NCBI GenBank assembly: GCA_964016885.1
Contig: OZ024741.1
Location: 40,052,001 to 40,116,000 of the forward strand
Length of the DNA: 64,000 nt
Direction of reading: 5' to 3'
From: Eledone cirrhosa
Taxonomy: Eukaryota
Part shown: positions 41,695 to 54,400 of the stretch, piece by piece
Layout: each line of letters opens with the position of its first letter
How positions within the stretch are numbered: position 1 is the stretch's first letter
Translations under genes and position numbers: made by a program
The notes under the pieces: model-generated
The model's database searches: none
Seen by the model: only the letters and a program-made list of their open reading frames with translations
What the model was told of the DNA's origin: nothing

Positions 41695-41879
41695 TATATA
41701 TATAATGTTTAATATTTCAGGCATATTTAGTTCTTAGTTTCTTCAGTTAAGTTTGATCTGATAACTCTTACCTCGGTGAGTGGCAACTCTCAACAAAATT
41801 ATCATATCCGCTTTACCTCTGGCTACATACAGCTTTATCAATAAATTTACTTTAAATGTTTTACGACAATTTCATATGG

Positions 41880-42430
41880 TGGGTAGTGATGTTGTTGTTG
41901 TTGGTGGTGGTGGTGTGGTGCTTGTGATGGTGTTGATGGTGCTTGTCGTGGTGTTGATGGTGGTGGTGCTGCTGGTGCTGGTGGGGCTGTTGGGGATGGT
42001 TGCGGTGGTGGTAGTGGTGGTGGTGGTGGCGGTGATGATGGTGGGGTGGGGTGCTTATGTTGGTGGTGTTGGTGATGGTGGTGGGTGCTAGGGTGATGTG
42101 TGTGTGTGTGTGGGGGGGGCTGTTGGTAGAGGGATGGCTATGATGGTGGTGGTGTGGTGGTGGTGGTGGTTGTCGTCGTGGTGTGGTTCATGGTGCTGGT
42201 GGTGACGTTGATGATGGTGGCGTTTTTGGTGATATTTATGGTGGTTCTGGAGGTGATATCTTTGGTGGAGGTAGCGCTGGTGGTGATGTCCATGGTTGTG
42301 GTGGTAGTAGCGTTGATGGTGGTGTTGATGGTAGTTTCCTTGGTAGTGATGGTGATGGTGGCGGTGATGGTGGTAGCGTTGGTGGTGACATTGCGTAGGG
42401 TTCTTGCGGTAGTAGAGTTTGTGGTGGTGT
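41880..42430 (-). other. Degenerate Pro-rich low-complexity region at the edge of the 42-bp array
   Basis: Minus-strand pieces read PQEPYAMSPPTLPPSPP..LPRKLP, PWTSPPALPPPKISPPEPP and PPAPAAPPPSTPRQAP, interrupted by stops and frameshifts. Confidence 0.45.
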
Positions 42431-45400
42431 TTATAGTGGTATCCTTGGTGATGGTGTTGATGGTGGTATCCTTGGTTGTGGTGTTGATGATGGTTGTGTT
42501 GATGGTGGTATCCTTGGTTGTGGTGTTGATGATGGTTGTGTCGATGGTGGTATCTTGGTGGTGGTGTTGATGATGGTTGTGTTGATGGTGGTATCCTTGG
42601 TGGTGGTGTTGATGATGGTTGTGTTAATGGTGGTATCCTTGGTGGTGGTGTTGATGATGGTTGTGTCGATGGTGGTATCCTTGGTGGTGGTGTTGATGGT
42701 GGTTGTGTTGATGGTGGTATCCTTGGTTGTGCTGTTGAGGGTTGTGTTGATGGTAGTTTCCTTGGTAGTGATGGTGGTGGTGATGGTGGTAGCGTTGGTG
42801 GTGACATTGAGTAGGGTTCTTGCGGTAGTAGTGTTTGTGGTGGTGTTGATAGTGGTATCCTTGGTTGTGGTGTTGATGATGGTTGTGTTGATGGTGGTAT
42901 CCTTGGTGGTGATGTAGATGATGGTTGTGTTGATGGTGGTATCCTTGGTGGTGGTGTTGATGATGGTTGTGTTGATGGTGGTATCCTTGGTGGTGTTGTT
43001 GATGATGGTTGTGTTGATGGTGGTATCCTTGGTGGTGGTGTTGATGGTGGTTGTGTTGATGGTGGTATCCTTGGTGGTGGTGTTGATGGTGGTTGTGTTG
43101 ATGGTGGTATCCTTGGTTGTGGTGTAGATGATGGTTGTGTTGATGGTAGGTATCCTTGGTGGTGGTGTTGATGATGGTTGTGTTAATGGTGGTATCCTTG
43201 GTTGTGGTGTTGATGATGGTTGTGTTGATGGTGGTATCCTTGGTGGTGATGTAGATGATGGTTGTGTTGATGGTGGTATCCTTGGTGGTGGTGTTGATGG
43301 TGGTTGTGTTGATGGTGGTATCCTTGGTTGTGGTGTTGATGATGGTTGTGTTGATGGTGGTATGCTTGGTGGTGTTGTTGATGATGGTTGTGTTGATGGT
43401 GGTATCCTTGGTGGTGGTGTTGATGATGGTTGTGTTGATGGTGGTATCCTTGGTGGTGGTGTTGATGATGGTTGTGTTGATGGTGGTATCCTTGGTGGTG
43501 GTGTTGTTGATGGTTGTGTTGATGGTGGTATCCTTGGTTGTGGTGTTGATGATGGTTGTGTTGATGGTGGTATCCTTGGTTGTGGTGTTGATGATGGTTG
43601 TGTTGATGGTGGTATCCTTGGTGGTGGTGTTGATGGTGGTTGTGTTGATGGTGGTATCCTTGGTTGTGGTGTTGATGATGGTTGTGTTGATGGTGGTATC
43701 CTTGGTGGTGGTGTTGATGGTGGTTGTGTTGATGGTGGTATCCTTGGTGGTGGTGTTGATGGTGGTTGTGTTGATGGTGGTATCCTTGGTTGTGGTGTTG
43801 ATGATGGTTGTATTGATGGTGGTATCCTTGGTGGTGGTGTTGATGGTGGTTGTGTTGATGGTGGTATCCTTGGTGGTGGTGTTGATGGTGGTTGTGTTGA
43901 TGGTGGTATCCTTGGTTGTGGTGTTGATGATGGTTGTGTTGATGGTGGTATCCTTGGTTGTGGTGTAGATGATGGTTGTGTTGATGGTGGTATCCTTGGT
44001 GGTGGTGTTGATGGTGGTTGTGTTGATGGTGGTATCCTTGGTTGTGGTGTTGATGATGGTTGTGTTGATGGTGGTATCCTTGGTGGTGATGTAGATGATG
44101 GTTGTGTTGATGGTGGTATCCTTGGTGGTGGTGTTGATGGTGGTTGTGTTGATGGTGGTATCCTTGGTTGTGGTGTTGATGATGGTTGTGTTGATGGTGG
44201 TATCCTTGGTGGTGTTGATGGTGGTTGTGTTGATGGTGGTATCCTTGGTTGTGGTGTTGATGATGGTTGTGTTGATGGTGGTATCCTTGGTGGTGGTGTT
44301 GATGATGGTTGTGTTGATGGTGGTATCCTTGGTGGTGGTGTTGATGGTTGTGTTGATGGTGGTATCCTTTGTGGTGGTGTTGATGGTGGTTGTGTTGATG
44401 GTGGTATCCTTGGTGGTGGTGTTGATGATGGTTGTGTTGATGGTGGTATCCTTTGTGGTGGTGTTGATGGTGGTTGTGTTGATGGTGGTATCCTTGGTGG
44501 TGGTGTTGTTGATGGTTGTGTTGATGGTGGTATCCTTGGTGGTGGTGTTGTTGATGGTTGTGTTGATGGTGGTATCCTTTGTGGTGGTGTTGATGGTGGT
44601 TGTGTTGATGGTGGTATCCTTGGTTGTGGTGTTGATGATGGTTGTGTTGATGGTGGTATCCTTTGTGGTGGTGTTGATGGTGGTTGTGTTGATGGTGGTA
44701 TCCTTGGTGGTGGTGTTGATGATGGTTGTGTTGATGGTGGTATCCTTTGTGGTGGTGTTGATGATGGTTGTGTTGATGGTGGTATCCTTGGTGGTGGTGT
44801 TGATGATGGTTGTGTTGATGGTGGTATCCTTTGTGGTGGTGTTGATGGTGGTTGTGTTGATGGTGGTATCCTTGGTTGTGGTGTTGATGATGGTTGTGTT
44901 GATGGTGGTATCCTTTGTGGTGGTGTTGATGGTGGTTGTGTTGATGGTGGTATCCTTGGTTGTGGTGTTGATGATGGTTGTGTTGATGGTGGTATCCTTG
45001 GTTGTGGCGTTGATGATGGTTGTGTTGGTGGTATCCTTGGTGATGTTGATGATGGTTGTGTTGATGGTGGTATCCTTGGTGGTGGTGTTGATGATGGTTG
45101 TGTTGATGGTGGTATCCTTGGTTGTGGTGTTGATGATGGTTGTGTTGATGGTGGTATCCTTGGTGGTGGTGTTGATGATGGTTGTGTTGATGGTGGTATC
45201 CTTGGTTGTGATGTTGATGATGGTTGTGTTGATGGTGGTATCCTTGGTTGTGGTGTTGATGATGGTTGTGTTGATGGTGGTATCCTTGGTTGTGATGTTG
45301 TTGGTGGTTGTGTTGATGGTGGTATCCTTGGTTGTGGTGTTGATGATGGTTGTGTTGATGGTGGTATCCTTGGTTGTGGCGTTGATGATGGTTGTGTTGA

Positions 45401-48400
45401 TGGTGGTATCCTTGGTTGTGGTGTTGATGATGGTTGTGTTGATGGTGGTATCCTTGGTGGTGGTGTTGATGATGGTTGTGTTGATGGTGGTATCCTTGGT
45501 GGTGGTGTTGATGATGGTTGTGTTGATGGTGGTATCCTTGGTTGTGATGTTGTTGGTGGTTGTGTTGATGGTGGTATCCTTGGTTGTGGTGTTGATGATG
45601 GTTGTGTTGATGGTGGTATCCTTGGTTGTGGCGTTGATGATGGTTGTGTTGATGGTGGTATCCTTGGTGGTGGTGTTGATGATGGTTGTGTTGATGGTGG
45701 TATCCTTGGTTGTGATGTTGTTGGTGGTTGTGTTGATGGTGGTATCCTTGGTTGTGGTGTTGATGATGGTTGTGTTGATGTTGGTATCCTTGGTTGTGGT
45801 GTTGATGATGGTTGTGTTGATGGTGGTATCCTTGGTTGTGATGTTGTTGGTGGTTGTGTTGATGGTGGTATCCTTGGTTGTGGTGTTGATGATGGTTGTG
45901 TTGATGGTGGTATCCTTGGTTGTGGCGTTGATGATGGTTGTGTTGATGTTGGTATCCTTGGTTGTGGTGTTGATGATGGTTGTGTTGATGGTGGTATCCT
46001 TGGTTGTGATGTTGTTGGTGGTTGTGTTGATGGTGGTATCCTTGGTTGTGGTGTTGATGATGGTTGTGTTGATGGTGGTATCCTTGGTTGTGGCGTTGAT
46101 GATGGTTGTGTTGATGGTGGTATCCTTGGTTGTGGTGTTGATGATGGTTGTGTTGATGGGGGTATCATTGGTTGTGGTGTTGATGATGGTTGTGTTGATG
46201 GTGGTATCCTTGGTGGTGGTGTTGATGATGGTTGTGTTGATGGTGGTATCCTTGGTTGTGATGTTGTTGGTGGTTGTGTTGATGGTGGTATCCTTGGTTG
46301 TGGTGTTGATGATGGTTGTGTTGATGGTGGTATCCTTGGTTGTGGCGTTGATGATGGTTGTGTTGATGGTGGTATCCTTGGTGGTGGTGTTGATGATGGT
46401 TGTGTTGATGGTGGTATCCTTGGTTGTGATGTTGTTGGTGGTTGTGTTGATGGTGGTATCCTTGGTTGTGGTGTTGATGATGGTTGTGTTGATGGTGGTA
46501 TCCTTAGTTGTGGTGTTGATGGTGGTTGTGTTGATGGTGGTATCCTTGGTTGTGGTGTTGATGATGGTTGTGTTGATGGTGGTATCCTTGGTGGTGGTGT
46601 TGATGATGGTTGTGTTGATGGTGGTATCCTTGGTTGTGGTGTTGATGATGGTTGTGTTGATGGTGGTATCCTTGGTGATGTTGATGATGGTTGTGTTGAT
46701 GGTGGTATCCTTGGTGGTGGTGTTGATGATGGTTGTGTTGATGGTGGTATCCTTGGTTGTGGTGTTGATGATGGTTGTGTTGATGGTGGTATCCTTGGTG
46801 GTGGTGTTGATGATGGTTGTGTTGATGGTGGTATCCTTGGTGGTGGTGTTGTTGATGGTTGTGTTGATGGTGGTATCCTTGGTGGTGGTGTTGTTGATGG
46901 TTGTGTTGATGGTGGTATCCTTGGTTGTGGTGTTGATGATGGTTGTGTTGATGGTGGTATCCTTGGTGATGTTGATGATGGTTGTGTTGATGGTGGTATC
47001 CTTGGTGGTGGTGTTGATGATGGTTGTGTTGATGGTGGTATCCTTGCTGGTGGTGTTGTTGATGGTTGTGTTGATGGTGGTATCCTTGGTGGTGTTGATG
47101 ATGGTTGTGTTGATGGTGGTATCCTTGGTTGTGGTGTTGATGGTGGTTGTGTTGATGGTGGTATCCTTGGTTGTGGTGTTGATGATGGTTGTGTTGATGG
47201 TGGTATCCTTGGTGGTGGTGTTGATGATGGTTGTGTTGATGGTGGTATCCTTGGTTGTGGTGTTGATGATGGTTGTGTTGATGGTGGTATCCTTGGTTGT
47301 GGTGTTGATGATGGTTGTGTTAATGGCGGTATCATTGGTGGTGGTGTTGATGATGGTTGTGTTGATGGTGGTATCCTTGGTTGTGGTGTTGATGATGGTT
47401 GTGTTGATGGTGGTATCCTTGGTTGTGGTGTTGATGATGGTTGTGTTGATGGTGGTATCCTTGGTTGTGGTGTTGATGATGGTTGTGTTGATGGTGGTAT
47501 CCTTGGTTGTGGTGTTGATGATGGTTGTGTTGATGGTGGTATCCTTGGTAGTGGTGTTGATGATGGTTGTGTTGATGGTGGTATCCTTGGTTGTGGTGTT
47601 GATGATGGTTGTGTTGATGGTGGTATCCTTGGTTGTGGTGTTGATGATGGTTGTGTTAATGGCGGTATCATTGGTGGTGGTGTTGATGATGGTTGTGTTG
47701 ATGGTGGTATCCTTGGTTGTGGTGTTGATGATGGTTGTGTTGATGGTGGTATCCTTGGTGGTGGTGTTGATGATGGTTGTGTTGATGGTGGTATGCTTGG
47801 TGGTGTTGTTGATGGTTGTGTTGATGGTGGTATCCTTGGTTGTGGTGTTGATGATGGTTGTGTTGATGGTGGTATCCTTGGTGGTGTTGTTGATGGTTGT
47901 GTTGATGGTGGTATCCTTGGTTGTGGTGTTGATGATGGTTGTGTTGATGGTGGTATCCTTGGTTGTGATGTTGATGATGGTTGCGTTGATGGTGGTATCC
48001 TTGGTTGTGATGTTGATGATGGTTGTGTTGATGGTGGTATCCTTGGTTGTGGTGTTGATGATGGTTGTGTTGATGGTGGTATCCTAGGTGGTGGTGTTGA
48101 TGATGGTTGTGTTGATGGTGGTATCCTTGGTGGTGGTGTTGATGATGGTTGTGTTGATGGTGGTATCCTTGGTTGTGATGTTGATGATGGTTGCGTTGAT
48201 GGTGGTATCCTTGGTGGTGGTGTTGATGATGGTTGTGTTGATGGTGGTATCCTTCGTGGTGGTGTTGTTGATGGTTGTGTTGATGGTGGTATCCTTGGTG
48301 GTGATGTTGATGATGGTTGTGTTGATGGTGGTATCCTTGGTTGTGGTGTTGATGATGGTTGTGTTGATGGTGGTATGCTTGGTGGTGTTGTTGATGGTTG

Positions 48401-51400
48401 TGTTGATGGTGGTATCCTTGGTTGTGGTGTTGATGATGGTTGTGTTGATGGTGGTATCCTTGGTGGTGTTGTTGATGGTTGTGTTGATGGTGGTATCCTT
48501 GGTGGTGGTGTCGATGATGGTTGTGTTGATGGTGGTATCCTTGGTTGTGGTGTTGATGATGGTTGTGTTGATGGTGGTATCCTTGGTTGTGGTGTTGATG
48601 ATGGTTGTGTTGATGGTGGTATCCTAGGTGGTGGTGTTGATGATGGTTGTGTTGATGGTGGTATCCTTGGTGGTGGTGTTGATGATGGTTGTGTTGATGG
48701 TGGTATCCTTGGTTGTGATGTTGATGATGGTTGCGTTGATGGTGGTATCCTTGGTGGTGGTGTTGATGATGGTTGTGTTGATGGTGGTATCCTTGGTGGT
48801 GGTGTTGATGATGGTTGTGTTGATGGTGGTATCCTTGGTTGTGGTGTTGATGATGGTTGTGTTGATGGTGGTATCCTTGGTGGTGGTGTTGATAATGGTT
48901 GTGTTGATGGTTGTATCCTTGGTGGTGATGTTGATGATGGTTGTGTTGATGGTGGTATCCTTGGTGGTGGTGTTGATGATGGTTGTGTTGATGGTGGTAT
49001 CCTTGGTGGTGTTGTTGATGATGGTTGTGTTAATGGTGGTATCCTTGGTTGTGGTGTTGTTGATGGTTGTGTTGATGGTGGTATCCTTGGTTGTGGTGTT
49101 GATGATGGTTGTGTTGATGGTGGTATCCTTGGTTCTGGTGTTGATGATGGTTGTGTTGATGGTGGTATCCTTGGTGGTGGTGTTGATGATGGTTGTGTTG
49201 ATGGTGGTATCCTTGGTTGTGGTGTTGATGATGGTTGTGTTGATGGTGGTATCCTTGGTGGTGGTGTTGATGATGGTTGTGTTGATGGTGGTATCCTTGG
49301 TGGTGATGTTGATGATGGTTGTGTTGATGGTGGTATCCTTGGTTGTGGTGTTGATGATGGTTGTATTCATGGTGGTATCCTTGGTGGTGGTGTTGATGAT
49401 GGTTGTGTTGATGGTGGTATCCTTGGTGGTGATGTTGATGATGGTTGTGTTGATGGTGGTATCCTTGGTGGTGGTGTTGTTGATGGTTGTGTTGATGGTG
49501 GTATCCTTGGTGGTGGTGTTGATGGTGGTTGTGTTGATGGTGGTATCCTTGGTGGTGGTGTTGATGGTGGTTGTGTTGATGGTGGTATCCTTGGTTGTGG
49601 TGTTGTTGATGCTTGTGTTGATGGTGGTATCCTTGGTTGTGGTGTTGATGATGGTTGTGTTGATGGTGGTCACCTTGGTGGTGGTGTTGCTGATGGTTGT
49701 GTTGATGGTGGTATCCTTGGTGGTGGTGTTGATGATGGTTGTGTTGATGGTGGTATCCTTGGTTGTGGTGTTGATGATGCTTGTGTTGATGGTGGTATCC
49801 TTGGTGGTGGTGTTGATGATGGTTGTGTTGATGGTGGTCACATTGGTGGTGGTGTTGATGATGCTTGTGTTGATGGTGGTATCCTTGGTTGTGGTGTTGA
49901 TGATGTTTGTGTTGATGGTGGTATCCTTGGTGGTGGTGTTGATGATGGTTGTGTTGATGGTGGTATCCTTGGTTGTGGTGTTGATGATGGTTGTGTTGAT
50001 GGTGGTATCCTTGGTGATGTTGATGATGGTTGTGTTGATGGTGGTATCCTTGGTGGTGATGTTGATGATGGTTGTGTTGATGGTGGTATTCTTGGTGGTG
50101 GTGTTGATGATGGTTGTGTTGATGGTGGTATCCTTGGTGGTGTTGATGATGGTTGTGTTGATGGTGGTATCCTTGGTTGTGGTGTTGTTGATGGTTGTGT
50201 TAATGGTGGTATCCTTGGTGGTGTTGTTGATGGTTGTGTTGATGGTGGTATCCTTGGTGGTGGTGTTGATGATGGTTGTGTTGATGGTGGTATCCTTGGT
50301 GGTGTTGATGATGGTTGTGTTGATGGTGGTATCCTTGGTTGTGGTGTTGATGATGGTTGTGTTTTTTGTGGTATCCTTGGTGGTGCTGTTGATGATGGTT
50401 GTGTTGATGGTGGTATCATTGGTGGTGTTGATGATGGTTGTGTTGATGGTGGTATCCTTGGTTGTGGTGTTGATGATGGTTGTGTTGATGGTGGTATCCT
50501 TGGTTGTGGTGTTGATGATGGTTGTGTTTTTTGTGGTATCCTTGGTGGTGCTGTTGATGATGGTTGTGTTGATGGTGGTATCCTTGGTTGTGGTGTTGAT
50601 GATGGTTGTGTTGATGGTGGTATCCTTGGTGGTGGTGTTGATGATGGTTGTGTTGATGGTGGTATCCTTGGTGGTGTTGATGATGGTTGTGTTGATGGTG
50701 GTATCCTTGGTTGTGGTGTTGATGATGGTTGTGTTTTTTGTGGTATCCTTGGTGGTGCTGTTGATGATGGTTGTGTTGATGGTGGTATCATTGGTGGTGT
50801 TGATGATGGTTGTGTTGATGGTGGTATCCTTGGTTGTGGTGTTGATGATGGTTGTGTTGATGGTGGTATCCTTGGTTGTGGTGTTGATGATGGTTGTGTT
50901 TTTTGTGGTATCCTTGGTGGTGCTGTTGATGATGGTTGTGTTGATGGTGGTATCCTTGGTTGTGGTGTTGATGATGGTTGTGTTGATGGTGGTATCCTTG
51001 GTGGTGGTGTTGATGATGGTTGTGTTGATGGTGGTATCCTTGGTGGTGGTGTTGATGATGGTTGTGTTGATAGTGGTATCCTTGGTGGTGGTGTTGATGA
51101 TGGTTGTGTTAATGGCGGAATCATTGGTTGTGGTGTTGATGGTTGTGTTGATGGTGGTATCCTTGGTTGTGGTGTTGATGATGGTTGTGTTAATGGCGGT
51201 ATCATTGGTGGTGGTGTTGATGATGGTTGTGTTGATGGTGGTATCCTTGGTTGTGGTGTTGATGATGGTTGTGTTGATGGTGGTATCCTTGGTTGTGGTG
51301 TTGATGATGGTTGTGTTGATGGTGGTATCCTTGGTTGTGGTGTTGATGATGGTTGTGTTAATGGTGGTATCCTTGGTTGTGGTGTTGATGATGGTTGTGT

Positions 51401-54400
51401 TGATGGTGGTATCATTGGTGGTGGTGTTGATGATGGTTGTGTTGATGGTGGTATCCTTGGTTGTGGTGTTGATGATGGTTGTGTTGATGGTGGTATCCTT
51501 GGTTGTGGTGTTGATGATGGTTGTGTTGATGGTGGTATCCTTGGTGGTGGTGTTGATGATGGTTGTGTTGATGGTGGTATCCTTGGTTGTGGTGTTGATG
51601 ATGGTTGGGTTGATGGTGGTATCCTTGGTGGTGGTGTTGATGATGGTTGGGTTGATGGTGGTATCCTTGGTTGTGGTGTTGTTGATGGTTGTGTTGATGG
51701 TGGTATCCTTGGTGGTGGTGTTGATGATGGTTGTGTTGATGGTGGTATCCTTGGTGGTGGTGTTGATGATGGTTGGGTTGATGGTGGTATCCTTGGTTGT
51801 GGTGTTGTTGATGGTTGTGTTGATGGTGGTATCCTTGGTGGTGGTGTTGATGATGGTTGTGTTGATGGTGGTATCCTTGGTTGTGGTGTTGATGATGGTT
51901 GTGTTGATGGTGGTATCCTTGGTTGTGGTGTTGATGATGGTTGTGTTAATGGCGGTATCATTGGTGGTGGTGTTGATGATGGTTGTGTTGATGGTGGTAT
52001 CCTTGGTTGTGGTGTTGATGATGGTTGTGTTGATGGTGGTATCCTTGGTTGTGGTGTTGATGATGGTTGTGTTGATGGTGGTATCCTTGGTGGTGGTGTT
52101 GATGATGGTTGTGTTGATGGTGGTATCCTTGGTTGTGGTGTTGATGATGGTTGGGTTGATGGTGGTATCCTTGGTGGTGGTGTTGATGATGGTTGGGTTG
52201 ATGGTGGTATCCTTGGTTGTGGTGTTGTTGATGGTTGTGTTGATGGTGGTATCCTTGGTGGTGGTGTTGATGATGGTTGTGTTGATGGTGGTATCCTTGG
52301 TGGTGGTGTTGATGATGGTTGGGTTGATGGTGGTATCCTTGGTTGTGGTGTTGTTGATGGTTGTGTTGATGGTGGTATCCTTGGTGGTGGTGTTGATGAT
52401 GGTTGTGTTGATGGTGGTATCCTTGGTTGTGGTGTTGATGATGGTTGTGTTGATGGTGGTATCCTTGGTTGTGGTGTTGATGATGGTTGTGTTAATGGCG
52501 GTATCATTGGTGGTGGTGTTGATGATGGTTGTGTTGATGGTGGTATCCTTGGTTGTGGTGTTGATGATGGTTGTGTTGATGGTGGTATCCTTGGTTGTGG
52601 TGTTGATGATGGTTGTGTTAATGGCGGTATCATTGGTGGTGGTGTTGATGATGGTTGTGTTGATGGTGGTATCCTTGGTTGTGGTGTTGATGATGGTTGT
52701 GTTGATGGTGGTATCCTTGGTTGTGGTGTTGATGATGGTTGTGTTGATGGTGGTATCCTTGGTTGTGGTGTTGATGATGGTTGTGTTAATGGTGGTATCC
52801 TTGGTGGTGTTGATGATGGTTGGGTTGATGGTGGTATCCTTGGTTGTGGTGTTGTTGATGGTTGTGTTGATGGTGGTATCCTTGGTGGTGGTGTTGATGA
52901 TGGTTGTGTTGATGGTGGTATCCTTGGTTGTGGTGTTGATGATGGTTGTGTTGATGGTGGTATCCTTGGTTGTGGTGTTGATGATGGTTGTGTTAATGGC
53001 GGTATCATTGGTGGTGGTGTTGATGATGGTTGTGTTGATGGTGGTATCCTTGGTTGTGGTGTTGATGATGGTTGTGTTGATGGTGGTATCCTTGGTGGTG
53101 GTGTTGATGATGGTTGTGTTGATGGTGGTATGCTTGGTGGTGTTGTTGATGGTTGTGTTGATGGTGGTATCCTTGGTTGTGGTGTTGATGATGGTTGTGT
53201 TGATGGTGGTATCCTTGGTGGTGTTGTTGATGGTTGTGTTGATGGTGGTATCCTTGGTTGTGATGTTGATGATGGTTGTGTTGATGGTGGTATCCTTGGT
53301 TGTGGTGTTGATGATGGTTGTGTTGATGGTGGTATCCTAGGTGGTGGTGTTGATGATGGTTGTGTTGATGGTGGTATCCTTGCTGGTGGTGTTGATGATG
53401 GTTGTGTTGATGGTGGTATCCTTGGTGGTGGTGTTGATGATGGTTGTGTTGATGGTGGTATCCTTGGTTGTGATGTTGATGATGGTTGCGTTGATGGTGG
53501 TATCCTTGGTGGTGGTGTTGATGATGGTTGTGTTGATGGTGGTATCCTTCGTGGTGGTGTTGTTGATGGTTGTGTTGATGGTGGTATCCTTGGTGGTGAT
53601 GTTGATGATGGTTGTGTTGATGGTGGTATCCTTGGTTGTGGTGTTGATGATGGTTGTGTTGATGGTGGTATGCTTGGTGGTGTTGTTGATGGTTGTGTTG
53701 ATGGTGGTATCCTTGGTTGTGGTGTTGATGATGGTTGTGTTGATGGTGGTATCCTTGGTTGTGGTGTTGATGATGGTTGTGTTGATGGTGGTATCCTTGG
53801 TGGTGATGTTGATGATGGTTGTGTTGATGGTGGTATCCTTGGTTGTGGTGTTGATGATGGTTGTGTTGATGGTGGTATGCTTGGTGGTGTTGTTGATGTT
53901 TGTGTTGATGGTGGTATCCTTGGTGGTGGTGTTGATGATGGTTGTGTTGATGGTGGTATCCTTGGTTGTGTTGTTGATGGTTGTGTTGATGGTGGTATCC
54001 TTGGTGGTGGTGTCGATGATGGTTGTGTTGATGGTGGTATCCTTGGTTGTGGTGTTGATGATGGTTGTGTTGATGGTGGTATCCTTGGTTGTGGTGTTGA
54101 TGATGGTTGTGTTGATGGTGGTATCCTAGGTGGTGGTGTTGATGATGGTTGTGTTGATGGTGGTATCCTTGGTGGTGGTGTTGATGATGGTTGTGTTGAT
54201 GGTGGTATCCTTGGTTGTGATGTTGATGAGGGTTGCGTTGATGGTGGTATCCTTGGTGGTGGTGTTGATGATGGTTGTGTTGATGGTGGTATCCTTGGTG
54301 GTGGTGTTGATGATGGTTGTGTTGATGGTGGTATCCTTGGTTGTGGTGTTGATGATGGTTGTGTTGATGGTGGTATCCTTGGTGGTGGTGTTGATAATGG

